A stretch of 64,000 nucleotides of DNA. Origin: an uncultured Acidimicrobiales bacterium. Lineage in GTDB: Bacteria; Actinomycetota; Acidimicrobiia; Acidimicrobiales; Aldehydirespiratoraceae. The notes under the pieces were generated by a model. The model was not told the DNA's origin, ran no database searches, and saw only the letters and a list, made by a program, of their open reading frames with translations. A program made the position numbers and the translations under genes. Shown one piece after another: positions 37,134-47,487 of the stretch. The stretch's first letter is position 1, and every line of letters begins with the position of its first letter. The stretch is taken from positions 3,124,277 through 3,188,276 of the forward strand of contig CATQHS010000001.1 in NCBI GenBank assembly GCA_958296055.1, in the 5' to 3' direction.

Positions 37134-38273
37134 TCACGACCGCTCCTCGTGTTCGGCTCGCAGCCCTCCGACGGTGAGGCCGACGCTGTCGACTATCCGC
37201 ACAAAGGACTCCCAGTGGGCGGGGAGGATCTCCACCGGCCCGCCCGAGGCCATGGCCTTCCAGCCCCGCTCGCCGGGCAGGAAGATCTCGTCCACGCCCG
37301 GACGGCGGCGGGCTCCCTTCACCGCCTCCACCAGCTCGTCGGACTTGCGGCTCGGCTCGCCGGCCGGCATCCAGTGGGACGGGTCGATCACGATCACGCA
37401 GGCTCCGCCGGTGAGGGCCTCGTCCCTGGGCTCCAGCCAGTACGACGGCGGCCCCGGGATCTGGGGGCTGAGCCGGGCCCCGGGGTTGATGATCCCCGCC
37501 AGCATCTCGGTGAACAGGTTGAGGGCGTACATGCGGGGGGCGCCGAACACCGACGGGGCCTCGCAGTCGGAGATCCGGCCGAAGTCCTCCATCTGCTTGA
37601 AGTAGGGGCCGGGGTCGTCGGTGAGCTCGCCGGTGTCGGGATCGACCAAGAACTTCCCGGCCAGCCGGTTGCCCTGGAACCAGGCCTGGCTCAGGTCGCC
37701 GTCGTGGACCTCGATGGCCTGGATGTCGGCGACGATAGGCGGGTGGTCGCCGCCGGGGGCCGCGGCCGCGAACGGAGCCCCCGACAGCACGTTCTCCATG
37801 CCCCCCCAGGGCGACACCAGCGGCAGGCTGTTGTTGGTGGCCAGGGCGAACATGTTCTCCCGGGCGGCCATGCGCACGTAGGTGCCGAAGGCCCCGGCGT
37901 CGTTGAAGTCCCGGACGAACCCCACCGCGACGGCGTGGCGGCGGGCCTTGGCCATGGCGGCCTCTGTGGCCATGGTCAGCGCCCACTGCCCCGACGAGCG
38001 GCGGGCGTCGATCACCGTCCAGGTCGGCCCCTCGTTGGCCACCACCGGAGTGGCGGTCACGTCCAGGGTGCCGGTGCGGGCCAGCAGCACCGGGATCTCG
38101 AACACCCCCAGACCCTGGGTGAGCTTGCCGTTGCGGTCGCCGTCGGAGACGCAGCTCGCCACCACCCGGGCGTGCTCTTCGGAGAAGCCCAGCTCGCCCA
38201 GCACCCGGCGGTAGCCGTGCTCCAAGAAGTCGGGGTCCTCGGTCAGGACCTCGGGATTGGCGGCTTCGCCCAT
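37134..38273 (-). CDS. Ldh2 (malate/L-lactate/ureidoglycolate dehydrogenase type 2) family protein
   Basis: 379 aa. Overall layout and segments such as GFVRDFNDAGAFG and PWGG resemble the LDH2 family as I remember it. Confidence 0.5.
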   Translation of the reverse strand: MGEAANPEVLTEDPDFLEHGYRRVLGELGFSEEHARVVASCVSDGDRNGKLTQGLGVFEIPVLLARTGTLDVTATPVVANEGPTWTVIDARRSSGQWALTMATEAAMAKARRHAVAVGFVRDFNDAGAFGTYVRMAARENMFALATNNSLPLVSPWGGMENVLSGAPFAAAAPGGDHPPIVADIQAIEVHDGDLSQAWFQGNRLAGKFLVDPDTGELTDDPGPYFKQMEDFGRISDCEAPSVFGAPRMYALNLFTEMLAGIINPGARLSPQIPGPPSYWLEPRDEALTGGACVIVIDPSHWMPAGEPSRKSDELVEAVKGARRRPGVDEIFLPGERGWKAMASGGPVEILPAHWESFVRIVDSVGLTVGGLRAEHEERS

Positions 38274-38376
38274 GGCTGCTCCTCGATCCGGTCGATCCGG
38301 CCCGCCCCTTGGCTACCGTGGCGGGCGGTTTCTCGCCACCTCCGGGCGACCGCCCGGCGGACGGCGACCGGTGATC

Positions 38377-38445
38377 ATGGCCGAACTGCAACGCCTTCCC
38401 GCCGACTTGCGAGAGTTCCGCCGGGCCGACGCCGGCGACCGGTGA
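38377..38445 (+). other. upstream mini-ORF MAELQRLPADLREFRRADAGDR*, a duplicate of the first 10 codons of the downstream PhyH gene
   Basis: A 46-47-nt direct repeat (38363-38409 and 38434-38479) includes the ATG and upstream ggtgatc. The mini-ORF stops 2 nt before the real ATG. Confidence 0.4.
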
Positions 38446-38447
38446 TC

Positions 38448-39278
38448 ATGGCCGAACTGCAACGACTTCCCGCCGATTGCACGGTGGATGACATAGTCGA
38501 GGCCAACCAACGCGACGGCGGGGTGATAGTGGACGGCTGGCTCGGCCCCGGCCTCCTCGACCGGTTCAACGCCGAGATCCAGCCTTGGCTCGACGCCTGG
38601 AGTGGCACCGACTCCGGATCGGAGGCCTCCGACGAGTTCCTGGGCCGCCGGACCCGCCGGCTCCAGGGGCTGTGCGCCAAGGCCCCCAGCTTCGTGGAGA
38701 TCATGCTGGACGAGCGGCTGCTGGGCTTCGCCGAGGCGGTGGTGGGGCCCATCAGCCCCACCCTCATCCTCAGCAACGGCGAGGTCATCGACATCGGCCC
38801 GGGCGAGCCGGCCCAGCCCTTCCACCGCGACGACGACGCCTGGAACTTCGCCCGCCCGGCCGCCCCCATGACCGTGAACACCATCGCCGCCCTGGCGGAC
38901 ATCACCCCCGACATGGGCGGGACGCTGGTGGTTCCGGGCAGCCACCGCTGGGAACCGGGCCGCCATCCCGGTCCCGGCGAGGCGACGGCCTGCTCGCTGC
39001 CGGCCGGCTCGGCCCTGTTCTTCAGGGGCGACACCCTGCACGCCGGGGGCGCCAACCGCACCGACCGGCGGCGCCGGGCCCTGTCCACCGCCTACTGCTG
39101 CGGCTGGCTGCGCCCGGTGGAGAACAACTACACCAACATCCCCCTGGAGTTGGTGAGGACCCTGCCCCGGCGGGCCCGGGAGCTGCTGGGCTACGCCTTA
39201 TACGACGCCTCGGCCGTCGGCGGCGGCTATCTCGGCTATTACGACATGGGCGACCCCATGCGCCTGGTCGGGGGTTGA
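38448..39278 (+). CDS. phytanoyl-CoA dioxygenase (PhyH) family Fe(II)/2-oxoglutarate oxygenase
   Basis: 276 aa. FHRDDDAW (H-x-D), VVPGSHRW, GDTLHAGGANRT. Confidence 0.75.
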   Translation: MAELQRLPADCTVDDIVEANQRDGGVIVDGWLGPGLLDRFNAEIQPWLDAWSGTDSGSEASDEFLGRRTRRLQGLCAKAPSFVEIMLDERLLGFAEAVVGPISPTLILSNGEVIDIGPGEPAQPFHRDDDAWNFARPAAPMTVNTIAALADITPDMGGTLVVPGSHRWEPGRHPGPGEATACSLPAGSALFFRGDTLHAGGANRTDRRRRALSTAYCCGWLRPVENNYTNIPLELVRTLPRRARELLGYALYDASAVGGGYLGYYDMGDPMRLVGG

Positions 39279-40504
39279 CCGGCACTGGCCGGGGGCTCGC
39301 TGGAACTGGCTGAGGGCTGACCGGCGTCCGCTCCGGTGGGGTCTGAGCCCCGCAGCCGCAGCCATCCGGCCCCGACCAGAACCAGCGAGGCCGCGCCGGT
39401 TACCACCCAGACCGGGCGCTCGCCCCAGAAGTCGTAAGCCACCGCGGCCGGTAGGGCGGCCACCCCGGCCCCCAGCACCTCGACCGCCCCCATGAGGCCC
39501 ATGGCGCCGGCCTGGCGTTGCTCGGGCGCCGCCCGGGCCACCGCCACCTGGCTGGCGGTGGCCCCGAAGCCGTCGGCCACCCCCACTAGAGCCATGACCG
39601 CCATCGGCGCGGCCAGCCCGGGCAAAAAGCCGTAGGTCATGGTCAAGACGGTCACGACGGCCATGCCGGACGCGGCCATCTGGACCGGTCCCAACCGGTC
39701 GGCGGCCCGTCCGGCCCGGGGGCTCACCACCGCGATGGGCAGGGCCAGCAGGGTGAAGGCCACGCCGGTGTGGATGGGGCCGCCGCCCCGGTCCTGGAAC
39801 ATGATCGGCAGCACCGCCTCGAAGGCGCCGACCATGGCGAAGTACCCGAAGACCATGATGAGCGCGCCCTGCAGCCGGGGCCGCCGCAACAGATCCAGCG
39901 ACGATCGGTGCCCAGTGTCGGTGAGGCCCCGGTCGGCGGGGAGCCGGGCCACCACCGGCAGGAACAGCGCCATGCCCGCCGCGAAGACGACGAAGGGCGC
40001 CCTGAGGCCGCCGACTGAGACCATGGCCGCCGATATCACCGGGCCGACCACGAAGCCGAGGACCTCGCCCACCATCAGCCGGCCGAGGTTCTCGCCCGCC
40101 TTCGACGGGTTCAGCACCGAGGCAGCCCGTCGCAGCCCGGGCAACACCAGGCCGGCCGCGAAGCCCAACCCGGCCCGGCTGGCCGCCCAGGCCGCGATGC
40201 CGTCCATCACCGCCATCGCCCCCAGGGCCGCGGCCCCCAGGGCGACGCCGGCGACGGCCATGATCCGGCCGTGGCCCCGGTCGGCCAAGGGGGCCAGCGC
40301 TACTTGGGCCAAGAAGGCGGCCAGGAAGCCGCAGGCCACCACCACCCCGATCTGGGTGTCGGTGAACCCCTGCTCGTCGCGCAGGGGGCCGAGGACGGCG
40401 ATGATCCCGCCGATCGACCCGGTGGTGACTCCCATCACCATCTGATACGGCAGCAGCCCCCGGTCGGTGCCCCGCCCCCAGGGGCCCCGCAGCCTGGCTC
40501 TCAC
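39239..40504 (-). CDS. MFS transporter
   Basis: 421 aa with about 12 hydrophobic segments and the LADRGHGRI loop motif. The 3' end overlaps the convergent PhyH gene by 40 nt. Confidence 0.8.
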   Translation of the reverse strand: MRARLRGPWGRGTDRGLLPYQMVMGVTTGSIGGIIAVLGPLRDEQGFTDTQIGVVVACGFLAAFLAQVALAPLADRGHGRIMAVAGVALGAAALGAMAVMDGIAAWAASRAGLGFAAGLVLPGLRRAASVLNPSKAGENLGRLMVGEVLGFVVGPVISAAMVSVGGLRAPFVVFAAGMALFLPVVARLPADRGLTDTGHRSSLDLLRRPRLQGALIMVFGYFAMVGAFEAVLPIMFQDRGGGPIHTGVAFTLLALPIAVVSPRAGRAADRLGPVQMAASGMAVVTVLTMTYGFLPGLAAPMAVMALVGVADGFGATASQVAVARAAPEQRQAGAMGLMGAVEVLGAGVAALPAAVAYDFWGERPVWVVTGAASLVLVGAGWLRLRGSDPTGADAGQPSASSSEPPASAGQPPTRRMGSPMS

Positions 40505-40558
40505 CGGTGTCCCAGTTCGATGGTCAGGCCGGGGCCGGCCGTCGGGATGTGAGGGCCA

Positions 40559-41029
40559 TCAGGCCAGGTCGTCCAAGGAAGCCAGATCGGTGCCGGCCGA
40601 CATGAGCTCGATGATGGTGCCGAAGGGGTCGCGGCAGTACACCGCGGCCGAGCCGCTTTCCGAGCGGATCGGCTCGCCCGTCTTGGTGCCGCCCAGCTCC
40701 ACCACTCGGGCCAGGGCCTCGTCCACGTCGTCCACCTCGATGGCGAGATGGCGCAGGCCCCGCTCGTGGGCCCCCCGCCGGGCCGGGTCGTCCCCGACCG
40801 GCTCGGGCGCGTGGTATTGCCACAGCTCCAAGAAGCCGCCGGACCCCCGCAACATGGCGCCGTCAGCCGACGAGCCGACCAGGCCGACCGCGGAGTCGAT
40901 GGCCGGGTCCGGGGCTCGCCAGGAGTCCCGTTCGATCACCTCCATGTGAAGCAGGGCCCCGTAGAAGCCGACGGCGGCGTCGAGGTCGCCCACCACCAGC
41001 CCGACGTGGTGGATGCCCCTGACGTTCAT
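40559..41029 (-). CDS. VOC family protein (glyoxalase-like)
   Basis: 156 aa. IHHVGLVVGDLDAAVGFY and HLAIEVDDVDEA. Confidence 0.75.
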   Translation of the reverse strand: MNVRGIHHVGLVVGDLDAAVGFYGALLHMEVIERDSWRAPDPAIDSAVGLVGSSADGAMLRGSGGFLELWQYHAPEPVGDDPARRGAHERGLRHLAIEVDDVDEALARVVELGGTKTGEPIRSESGSAAVYCRDPFGTIIELMSAGTDLASLDDLA

Positions 41030-41099
41030 CAGCCTCAGGCGGCCGGGGATTCGGGGGCTGCGGCCAGGCGGCCGGGGATTCGGGTCGGGGGCGGCACGG

Positions 41100-41972
41100 T
41101 CAAGCGGCCAAGGGCTCGCGCACCTGCACGATGTTGCCGCTGGGCTCGCGCAGGTAGCCGGTGCGGACCCCGATCCGGTCGTCGGGGGCGGGGGCCGAGA
41201 TGGCGCCGAACCCGGCCGCCACTGCGTCGGCCCAGGCCTGATCCACGTCTGCGGCCTCGTACAGGATCGAGGAGATCACCGGCCCGTGCTCGGCCATCAT
41301 GGCCTGCTCGGCGTCGGTGCCGGGGGTGGCCAGCACGTTCACGCACCGGCGGGCGGGGTAGGCGGGGTCGGCCAAATACACCAGGCCGTCGTTGTCGCTG
41401 CGGGCGTCCAGCACCGTTCGCAGCCCCAGCACGTCTTGGTACCACTCCACTTGGCTGTCGAGGTCCCGGCAGAGCTGGACCGCCCCCAGGGTCTGCAGCC
41501 CGACGTGGCCGACCGGGCGGAACTCCACGTCGGGGGTCTTGAAGTCGTTGACGTACTCCATGATCTCCACCCAGCGGCCCTCGGGGTCGATGGCCACGAA
41601 GCCGTTGTAGGTGCCGCCGAACTCCTCGTATTCCATGGCCACCGCGGCCCCGTTCGACTGGAGGTGCTCCACCGTGTCGTAGGCGTTGGGGACGATCCAG
41701 CAGACGTGGTTGATGCCCGAGCCGTGCTGGGCGAACCAGTTGCGCTCGTACTCGAACTGGTAGGGGGGCGCCTCGAGCTGCATCTGGAAGGGGGCGCCGC
41801 AGGCCAGGAAGGTGTAGTCGACGCCGCCCTCGCCGGTGTGGTGGAGGTCGGCGATCCCCTCCCAGTAGTAGGCGGGGATGGCGTGATACCAGCGGAGCCA
41901 GTTCCACATCGACTCCCGGGGGTGCCGCTCGAAGATGCACAGGTGATGGAGCTGGTAGGTCGGTGCGGCCAT
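41100..41972 (-). CDS. two-domain VOC/extradiol-dioxygenase-like protein
   Basis: INHVCWIVPNAYDTVEHL and VGHVGLQTLGAVQLCRD modules. Start taken at MAAPTYQL (41972), which has GGGAGAGG upstream. Confidence 0.6.
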   Translation of the reverse strand: MAAPTYQLHHLCIFERHPRESMWNWLRWYHAIPAYYWEGIADLHHTGEGGVDYTFLACGAPFQMQLEAPPYQFEYERNWFAQHGSGINHVCWIVPNAYDTVEHLQSNGAAVAMEYEEFGGTYNGFVAIDPEGRWVEIMEYVNDFKTPDVEFRPVGHVGLQTLGAVQLCRDLDSQVEWYQDVLGLRTVLDARSDNDGLVYLADPAYPARRCVNVLATPGTDAEQAMMAEHGPVISSILYEAADVDQAWADAVAAGFGAISAPAPDDRIGVRTGYLREPSGNIVQVREPLAA

Positions 41973-42070
41973 GGCCTCTCCCTGCGGTCCGGCGAAAGGA
42001 GCCCTCAATCTACGGCGGGGCCGGGCGCCGGGGATGCCGGGGCCGCTGCCGGTGTGTTACACACAGAGCC

Positions 42071-42832
42071 GTGACCCGCCCGTTCTCCACGGCAGTGGCC
42101 GACGGCATCGCCGAGCTGGTGCTCGACAACCCGCCGGTCAACGCCTTCGACACCCGGGCCCAGTTCGCGATGGCGGCCGAGATCGAGGCGCTGGGCCGCC
42201 GGGCCGGGGTGCGGGTGATCGTCATCCGGGCCGAGGGCCGGGGGTTCTGCGCCGGCATCGACGTCAAGGAGGTGGCGGCCGACCCCGCCAAGATCCTCGA
42301 CGCCAACCGCGGCAACTACGACGCGTTCGCGGCCATCCACCTCAACCCCCGGCCGGTGATCGCGGCGGTCCACGGGTACGTGCTCGGCGGCGGGATCGGC
42401 ATCGCCGGCTCGGCCGATGTGGTGGTGGCCGCCGACGACGCCTACTTCGCCGTGCCCGAGGTGGACCGGGGCGGCATGGGCATGGGCGCCCACCTACAGC
42501 GGATGTTCCCGGTGCAGAAAGTGCGCCACATGTACTTCACCGGGCTGGCGGTGGACGCGGCCGAGGCCCACCGGCTTGGGGCGGTGGAGCGGGTCGTCCC
42601 CCGGGACCGGCTGCGGGAGGAAGCCCTGGACATCGCTCGCACCATCGCGGCCAAGTCGCCGGTGATGATCGAGATCGCCAAGCGCTCCCTGACCGGGGTG
42701 GAGGACGGCAGCCTGGAGGACAAGTACCGCTGGGAGCAGGGCTTCACCTTCGAGGCCTACCTGACCGGCGACTCCCAAGAGGCCCGCACCGCCTTCGTGG
42801 AAAAGCGCGACCCCCGCTTCGACGACACCTGA
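42071..42832 (+). CDS. enoyl-CoA hydratase/isomerase (crotonase) family protein
   Basis: IAELVLDNPPVNAF, FCAGIDVKE, VHGYVLGGGIGIAGSADV. GTG 42071 preferred over track start 41963. Confidence 0.85.
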   Translation: MTRPFSTAVADGIAELVLDNPPVNAFDTRAQFAMAAEIEALGRRAGVRVIVIRAEGRGFCAGIDVKEVAADPAKILDANRGNYDAFAAIHLNPRPVIAAVHGYVLGGGIGIAGSADVVVAADDAYFAVPEVDRGGMGMGAHLQRMFPVQKVRHMYFTGLAVDAAEAHRLGAVERVVPRDRLREEALDIARTIAAKSPVMIEIAKRSLTGVEDGSLEDKYRWEQGFTFEAYLTGDSQEARTAFVEKRDPRFDDT

Positions 42833-43042
42833 GGCGATCCCGCCCCGCTCACCACCGCCGGCGGGTTCCCCCGGTAGGGCTCGGCGGTGAACCCATCGAT
42901 CAGGGCGAAGGGGCGGGAGACGGGGCGGGGCATGACGGCAGCTTCGCGCCGCGTCTACCCTCGCGCCCACCGTCGGACCGGCCGGCCGAGGAGGCCCGGA
43001 CCGGGGCCGACGACTACTGCCGAGCGGCCAGAGGAGCGAGCC

Positions 43043-44407
43043 ATGACCGACGACTACTACCGGGTGACCTTGCCCGCGTCGGAGCAGCCGACGCAGTGGT
43101 ACAACATCGTGGGCGACCTGCCCGCGCCCCCGCCGCCGCCTCTGCACCCCGGCACCCTGGAACCGGTCGGGCCCGACGACCTGGCCCCCCTGTTCCCGAT
43201 GGCCCTCATAGGCCAGGAGGTGACCTCCGAGCGCTACGTGGACATCCCCGGCGGGGTCCTCGACGTGCTGAGGCTGTGGCGGCCCAGCCCGCTGATGCGG
43301 GCCCGCCGGCTCGAACGCGCCCTCGACACCCCGGCCAAGATCTTCTACAAGTACGAGGGGGTGAGCCCGGCCGGCTCCCACAAGCCCAACACCGCAGTGG
43401 CCCAGGCCTTCTACAACCGGGCCGAGGGCGTCACCCGGCTGACCACCGAGACCGGGGCGGGCCAGTGGGGGAGCGCCCTGGCCTTCGCCTGCGCCCAGTA
43501 CGGCATCGACTGCGAGGTGTGGCAGGTGGCGGCCTCGTACCGCCAGAAGCCCTATCGCAAGACGATGATGGAGGTGTGGGGGGCCGCGGTTCACTCCAGC
43601 CCGTCGCCTGCCACCGAATACGGGCGGGGCGTGCTGGCCGCCGACCCCGACCACCCCGGGTCGCTGGGGATGGCCATATCCGAGGCCATCATGATGGCGG
43701 CCGCCGACCCGGCCGCCCGCTACTGCCTGGGCAGCGTCTTGAACCACGTCCTGATGCACCAGACCGTCATCGGCGAGGAGGCGCTTCTGCAGATGGCCAT
43801 GGTGGACGAGCAGCCCGACGTGCTGGTGGGGTGCACCGGCGGCGGGTCGAACTTCGCGGGCCTGGCCTTCCCGTTCCTGCGGGAGAAGATGGCCGGCCGC
43901 ATGAGCCCGGCCGTCCGCTGCGTTGAGCCGGCCTCGTGCCCGTCGCTCACCCGGGGCCAGTACCGCTACGACTTCGGCGACGCGGCCCAGGTGACGCCGC
44001 TGCTGAAGATGCACACCCTGGGCCACTCGTTCATCCCCGAGCCCATCCACGCCGGCGGCCTGCGCTACCACGGGATGTCGCCCCTGCTGTCCCACGTCTA
44101 CGAACTGGGCCTGGTGGAGGCGGTGGCCATACCCCAGCGGGAGTGCTTCGAGGCCGGCCTTCAGTTCGCCCGGGCCGAGGGCATAATCCCGGCCCCCGAG
44201 CCCACCCACGCCCTGGCCGCCGCGGTGCGGGAGGCCCTGGCCTGCAAGGAGTCGGGGGAGCCCAAGACGATCCTGACCGCGATGTGCGGTCACGGCCACC
44301 TCGACCTCGGCGCCTACGAGGCCTACCTGCAGGGCTCGCTGGCCGACCACGAGCTGTCCGAGTCCGAGGTGGCCGCCGCTTTGGAATCGGTGCCGGTGCT
44401 GGCATGA
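43043..44407 (+). CDS. TrpB-like PLP-dependent enzyme (tryptophan synthase beta, TrpB2 clade)
   Basis: N-terminus [15 protein letters not shown] lysine region [13 protein letters not shown], and [14 protein letters not shown] 43043 has a GAGGAG RBS. Confidence 0.75.
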   Translation: MTDDYYRVTLPASEQPTQWYNIVGDLPAPPPPPLHPGTLEPVGPDDLAPLFPMALIGQEVTSERYVDIPGGVLDVLRLWRPSPLMRARRLERALDTPAKIFYKYEGVSPAGSHKPNTAVAQAFYNRAEGVTRLTTETGAGQWGSALAFACAQYGIDCEVWQVAASYRQKPYRKTMMEVWGAAVHSSPSPATEYGRGVLAADPDHPGSLGMAISEAIMMAAADPAARYCLGSVLNHVLMHQTVIGEEALLQMAMVDEQPDVLVGCTGGGSNFAGLAFPFLREKMAGRMSPAVRCVEPASCPSLTRGQYRYDFGDAAQVTPLLKMHTLGHSFIPEPIHAGGLRYHGMSPLLSHVYELGLVEAVAIPQRECFEAGLQFARAEGIIPAPEPTHALAAAVREALACKESGEPKTILTAMCGHGHLDLGAYEAYLQGSLADHELSESEVAAALESVPVLA

Positions 44408-45957
44408 GCCCCATCGTCCACCCGAGCCCCCTGCCCGACGTAGAGATCCCCGACTGCTCCATCACCGAGATGGTCTTCGCCGGAGCGGAGGCCCGATCGG
44501 GCGAGACGGCCATAACCGACGGACACGGCGACTCCTACACGTTCGGCGGGCTGCACGAGGCGGTCCGGCGCCTGGCCGGGGGCCTGGCCGCCCGGGGCGT
44601 CGGGCCATCGACGACGGTGGCCCTCATGGCCCCCAACCTCCCCGCCTACGCGGTGGTCTTCCACGGCGTCGCCTTGGCCGGTGCCACCGTCACCACCATC
44701 AACCCCACCTACGGGCCCGGCGAGATCCGCTACCAGCTCGACGACGCCGGCGCGGAGATGCTGGTGACCGTCCCGGCGTTCCTGCCCGCGGCCCGGGCCG
44801 CCGCCGAGGGCTCGGCGGTGTCGGAGCTGGCGGTGATCGGCGAGGCCCCCGAGGCGGTGGCGCTGGAGTCGCTGTTGGGCGAGCCCATCGACCAGGTCCC
44901 GGTGGACAACGCCGACCACGTGGCCGTGCTGCCCTACTCGTCGGGCACCACCGGGATGCCCAAGGGGGTGATGCTGACCCACCGCAACCTGGTGGCCAAC
45001 GTGGCCCAGATCGGCGGCTTCCTCACCTACGGCGAAAACGAGGCGGCCCTGGCCGCGCTGCCCTTCTTCCACATCTACGGAATGCAGGTGCTGATGAACG
45101 CCCTGCTGGCCAGCGGGGTGCGGGTGGTGACCATGCCCCGCTTCGACATGGAGGCGGCCCTGGGGTTGGTCCAGAGCGAGCGGATCACCCGGTTCTTCGC
45201 CGTGCCCCCCATGGTGCTGGGGCTGGCCCGGCATCCCGCGGTGGACCGGTACGACCTGTCGTCGCTGAAGCAGATCTTCTCCGGGGCGGCCCCGCTCGGC
45301 GCCGACCTGGCCGCCGAGGCCGCGGCCCGGGTGGGCTGCGAGGTGGTCCAGGGCTACGGCATGACCGAGCTCAGCCCGGTCAGCCACGGCACCCCGGAGG
45401 GCCGGCTCCGGCCCGGCACCAGCGGGGTGACCCTGCCCAACACCGAGATCCGCATCGTCGATCCCGTCACCGGGGCCGACCAGGACACGGGAGGAACCGG
45501 GGAGCTGTGGGTGCGGGGGCCCCAGGTAATGAAGGGCTACCTGAACAACCCGGAGGCGACCGCGGCCACCATCGACCCCGACGGCTGGCTGCACACCGGC
45601 GACGTGGCCACCCTCGACGAGGCCGACCACGTCACCATCGTCGACCGCATCAAGGAACTCATCAAGTACAAGGGGTTCCAGGTGGCCCCGGCCGAGGTCG
45701 AGGCCGTGCTCGTCGCCCATCCCGCCGTGGCCGACGCGGCGGTGATCGGGGTGCCCGACGAAGAGGCGGGCGAGGTGCCCAAGGCGTTCGTGGTGGTCGC
45801 GCCCGGCGCGGAGGCGCCCACCCTGGCCGAGCTGCAGGACTTCACCGCCGGGCATCTGGTCGGCTACAAGCAGGTCAGGCGCCTGGAGGTGGTGGACGCC
45901 ATCCCCAAGAGCGCCTCGGGCAAAATCCTGCGCCGTGAGCTCAGAGCCGGCCCCTGA
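44404..45957 (+). CDS. AMP-dependent acyl-CoA ligase (4-coumarate/long-chain fatty-acid CoA ligase-like)
   Basis: [28 protein letters not shown] and the C-terminal [12 protein letters not shown]. Start overlaps the TrpB2 stop (ATGA). Confidence 0.88.
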   Translation: MSPIVHPSPLPDVEIPDCSITEMVFAGAEARSGETAITDGHGDSYTFGGLHEAVRRLAGGLAARGVGPSTTVALMAPNLPAYAVVFHGVALAGATVTTINPTYGPGEIRYQLDDAGAEMLVTVPAFLPAARAAAEGSAVSELAVIGEAPEAVALESLLGEPIDQVPVDNADHVAVLPYSSGTTGMPKGVMLTHRNLVANVAQIGGFLTYGENEAALAALPFFHIYGMQVLMNALLASGVRVVTMPRFDMEAALGLVQSERITRFFAVPPMVLGLARHPAVDRYDLSSLKQIFSGAAPLGADLAAEAAARVGCEVVQGYGMTELSPVSHGTPEGRLRPGTSGVTLPNTEIRIVDPVTGADQDTGGTGELWVRGPQVMKGYLNNPEATAATIDPDGWLHTGDVATLDEADHVTIVDRIKELIKYKGFQVAPAEVEAVLVAHPAVADAAVIGVPDEEAGEVPKAFVVVAPGAEAPTLAELQDFTAGHLVGYKQVRRLEVVDAIPKSASGKILRRELRAGP

Positions 45958-46051
45958 GGGCCGATCGCCGTTTCCGGTTTCTCTTATCGCCGCCGTTGGT
46001 CTATCGTCAGGGCCGCAACCGTCCGCCCACCGACCAACAGAGGGATCACCG

Positions 46052-46966
46052 ATGGCAACTCCGCAGGCCGCAATCCTCACCGATCTGGAGAAGTACCAGT
46101 GGTACACCCACATGAGCCGCGTCGACGGGGCCGACCTCGGCGTCATCAAGCAGGCGCTGAGCGACGCCCGGGCTGACGCAGCCGACCAGGGCGTCAACCT
46201 CTGCGTGCTGCTCGGCCCGACCCTGGCCGCCGACCTCGGGATCGAGACCGGCGACGACTTCCAGCCCTACCCCGGCTACACCTCGCCCGACGGCTCCAGG
46301 ACAGCCAAGGGCACCCAGGAGGAGTTGCTCATATGGGTGCATGACGCCGACAAGGATTTGTGCTGGGAGGTCCAGCACACCTTCCGCCGGGCGGTGGCCG
46401 GCCACATGGCGGTGGCCCGCGAAACCCCGACCTTCATCTACAAGAACAGCCTGGACCTGACCGGCCACATCGACGGCACCGGCAACCCCGAGCCCGAAGA
46501 CCAGCACGACCGGGCCATCATCCCCGACGGCGAGCCGGGGGCCGGGGGGTCGTTCTGCATCGCCCAGCGCTGGGTCCACGACATGGACTTCTGGGCCAGC
46601 CTCAGCCTTCAGCAGGAGGAGGAGACCTTCGGCCGGACCAAGGCCGACTCGGTCAAGCTCGATGTGCAGCCGCCCGCCTCGCACCTGTCCCACGTGGAGC
46701 TGCGGGAGGGCGCCACCGCCGACGAGGCGACCCCGAAGCGGGGCGAGATGGTGCGGCGCTCCACCCCCTACGCCTTCCACGACGGCACCGTCGGGCTCTA
46801 CTTCATGGGCTTCTGCCGGACCCAGGCCCCGATGCGGGAGCGGATGGACGCCATGTACGGCATCAACGGCCAGGACTTGGACGCCATCACCGCCTACTCC
46901 ACTCCGGCCTCGGGCTCCTTCTACTTCGCCCCGTCGGTGGAGGCCCTGGACGCGGCTTTGGCCTGA
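46052..46966 (+). CDS. Dyp-type peroxidase family protein
   Basis: 304 aa. The segment HIDGTGNP matches the Dyp GxxDG motif, followed by ...RRSTPY...GLYFMGF. Confidence 0.7.
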   Translation: MATPQAAILTDLEKYQWYTHMSRVDGADLGVIKQALSDARADAADQGVNLCVLLGPTLAADLGIETGDDFQPYPGYTSPDGSRTAKGTQEELLIWVHDADKDLCWEVQHTFRRAVAGHMAVARETPTFIYKNSLDLTGHIDGTGNPEPEDQHDRAIIPDGEPGAGGSFCIAQRWVHDMDFWASLSLQQEEETFGRTKADSVKLDVQPPASHLSHVELREGATADEATPKRGEMVRRSTPYAFHDGTVGLYFMGFCRTQAPMRERMDAMYGINGQDLDAITAYSTPASGSFYFAPSVEALDAALA

Positions 46967-47027
46967 GCCCGCCCCGGTCTGATCCGGGACCCGGGCGCAG
47001 GCTGCGGACGCGGGAAACCGTCGGCGG

Positions 47028-47483
47028 GTGAGCGGTCGGCGCGACGCGGTTCGCATGAGCGACGCCGAGGCGGCCGCGTTCATCGCCGGGCAGAAGAGCC
47101 TCCAAGTGGGCACTATCGACCGCGACGGCGGCGTCCACCTCTCCACCCTGTGGTTCGCGGTCGTCGACGACCGGATCGTGTTCGAGACCTACACCAAGAG
47201 CCAGAAGATCAAGAACCTGGAGCGCGACGACCGCATCACCGTGCTCCTTGAGGACGGCGACGCCTACGAGAACCTCCGCGGGGTGATGATCAAGGGCCGG
47301 GCCCGGCTGGTCCGCGACCGGGCCGAGGTGACGGCCCTGGCCCGGGCGGTCATGGCCCGCAACCACCCCGGCGCTCCGGCCGAGGCGCTGCAAGCCGCCG
47401 CCGATCAGATGTCGGCCAAGCGCACCGCGGTGATCGTGGAGCCGGCCCGGGTGGCGAGCTGGGACCACACCAAGCTGGGATGA
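47028..47483 (+). CDS. pyridoxamine 5'-phosphate oxidase-like (PPOX class, probably F420/FMN-binding) protein
   Basis: 151 aa. LQVGTIDRDGGVHLSTLWFAVVDDRIVFETYTKSQKIKNLERDDRITV is a typical split-barrel PPOX pattern. ATG 47056 is an alternative start. Confidence 0.7.
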   Translation: MSGRRDAVRMSDAEAAAFIAGQKSLQVGTIDRDGGVHLSTLWFAVVDDRIVFETYTKSQKIKNLERDDRITVLLEDGDAYENLRGVMIKGRARLVRDRAEVTALARAVMARNHPGAPAEALQAAADQMSAKRTAVIVEPARVASWDHTKLG

Positions 47484-47487
47484 GGCG

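Noticed and set aside
37149-38447. Upstream 433 codons of the 709-aa plus-strand ORF ending at 39278
   Set aside because: It is antisense to the Ldh2-family gene. The PhyH-family protein is complete from the ATG at 38448.
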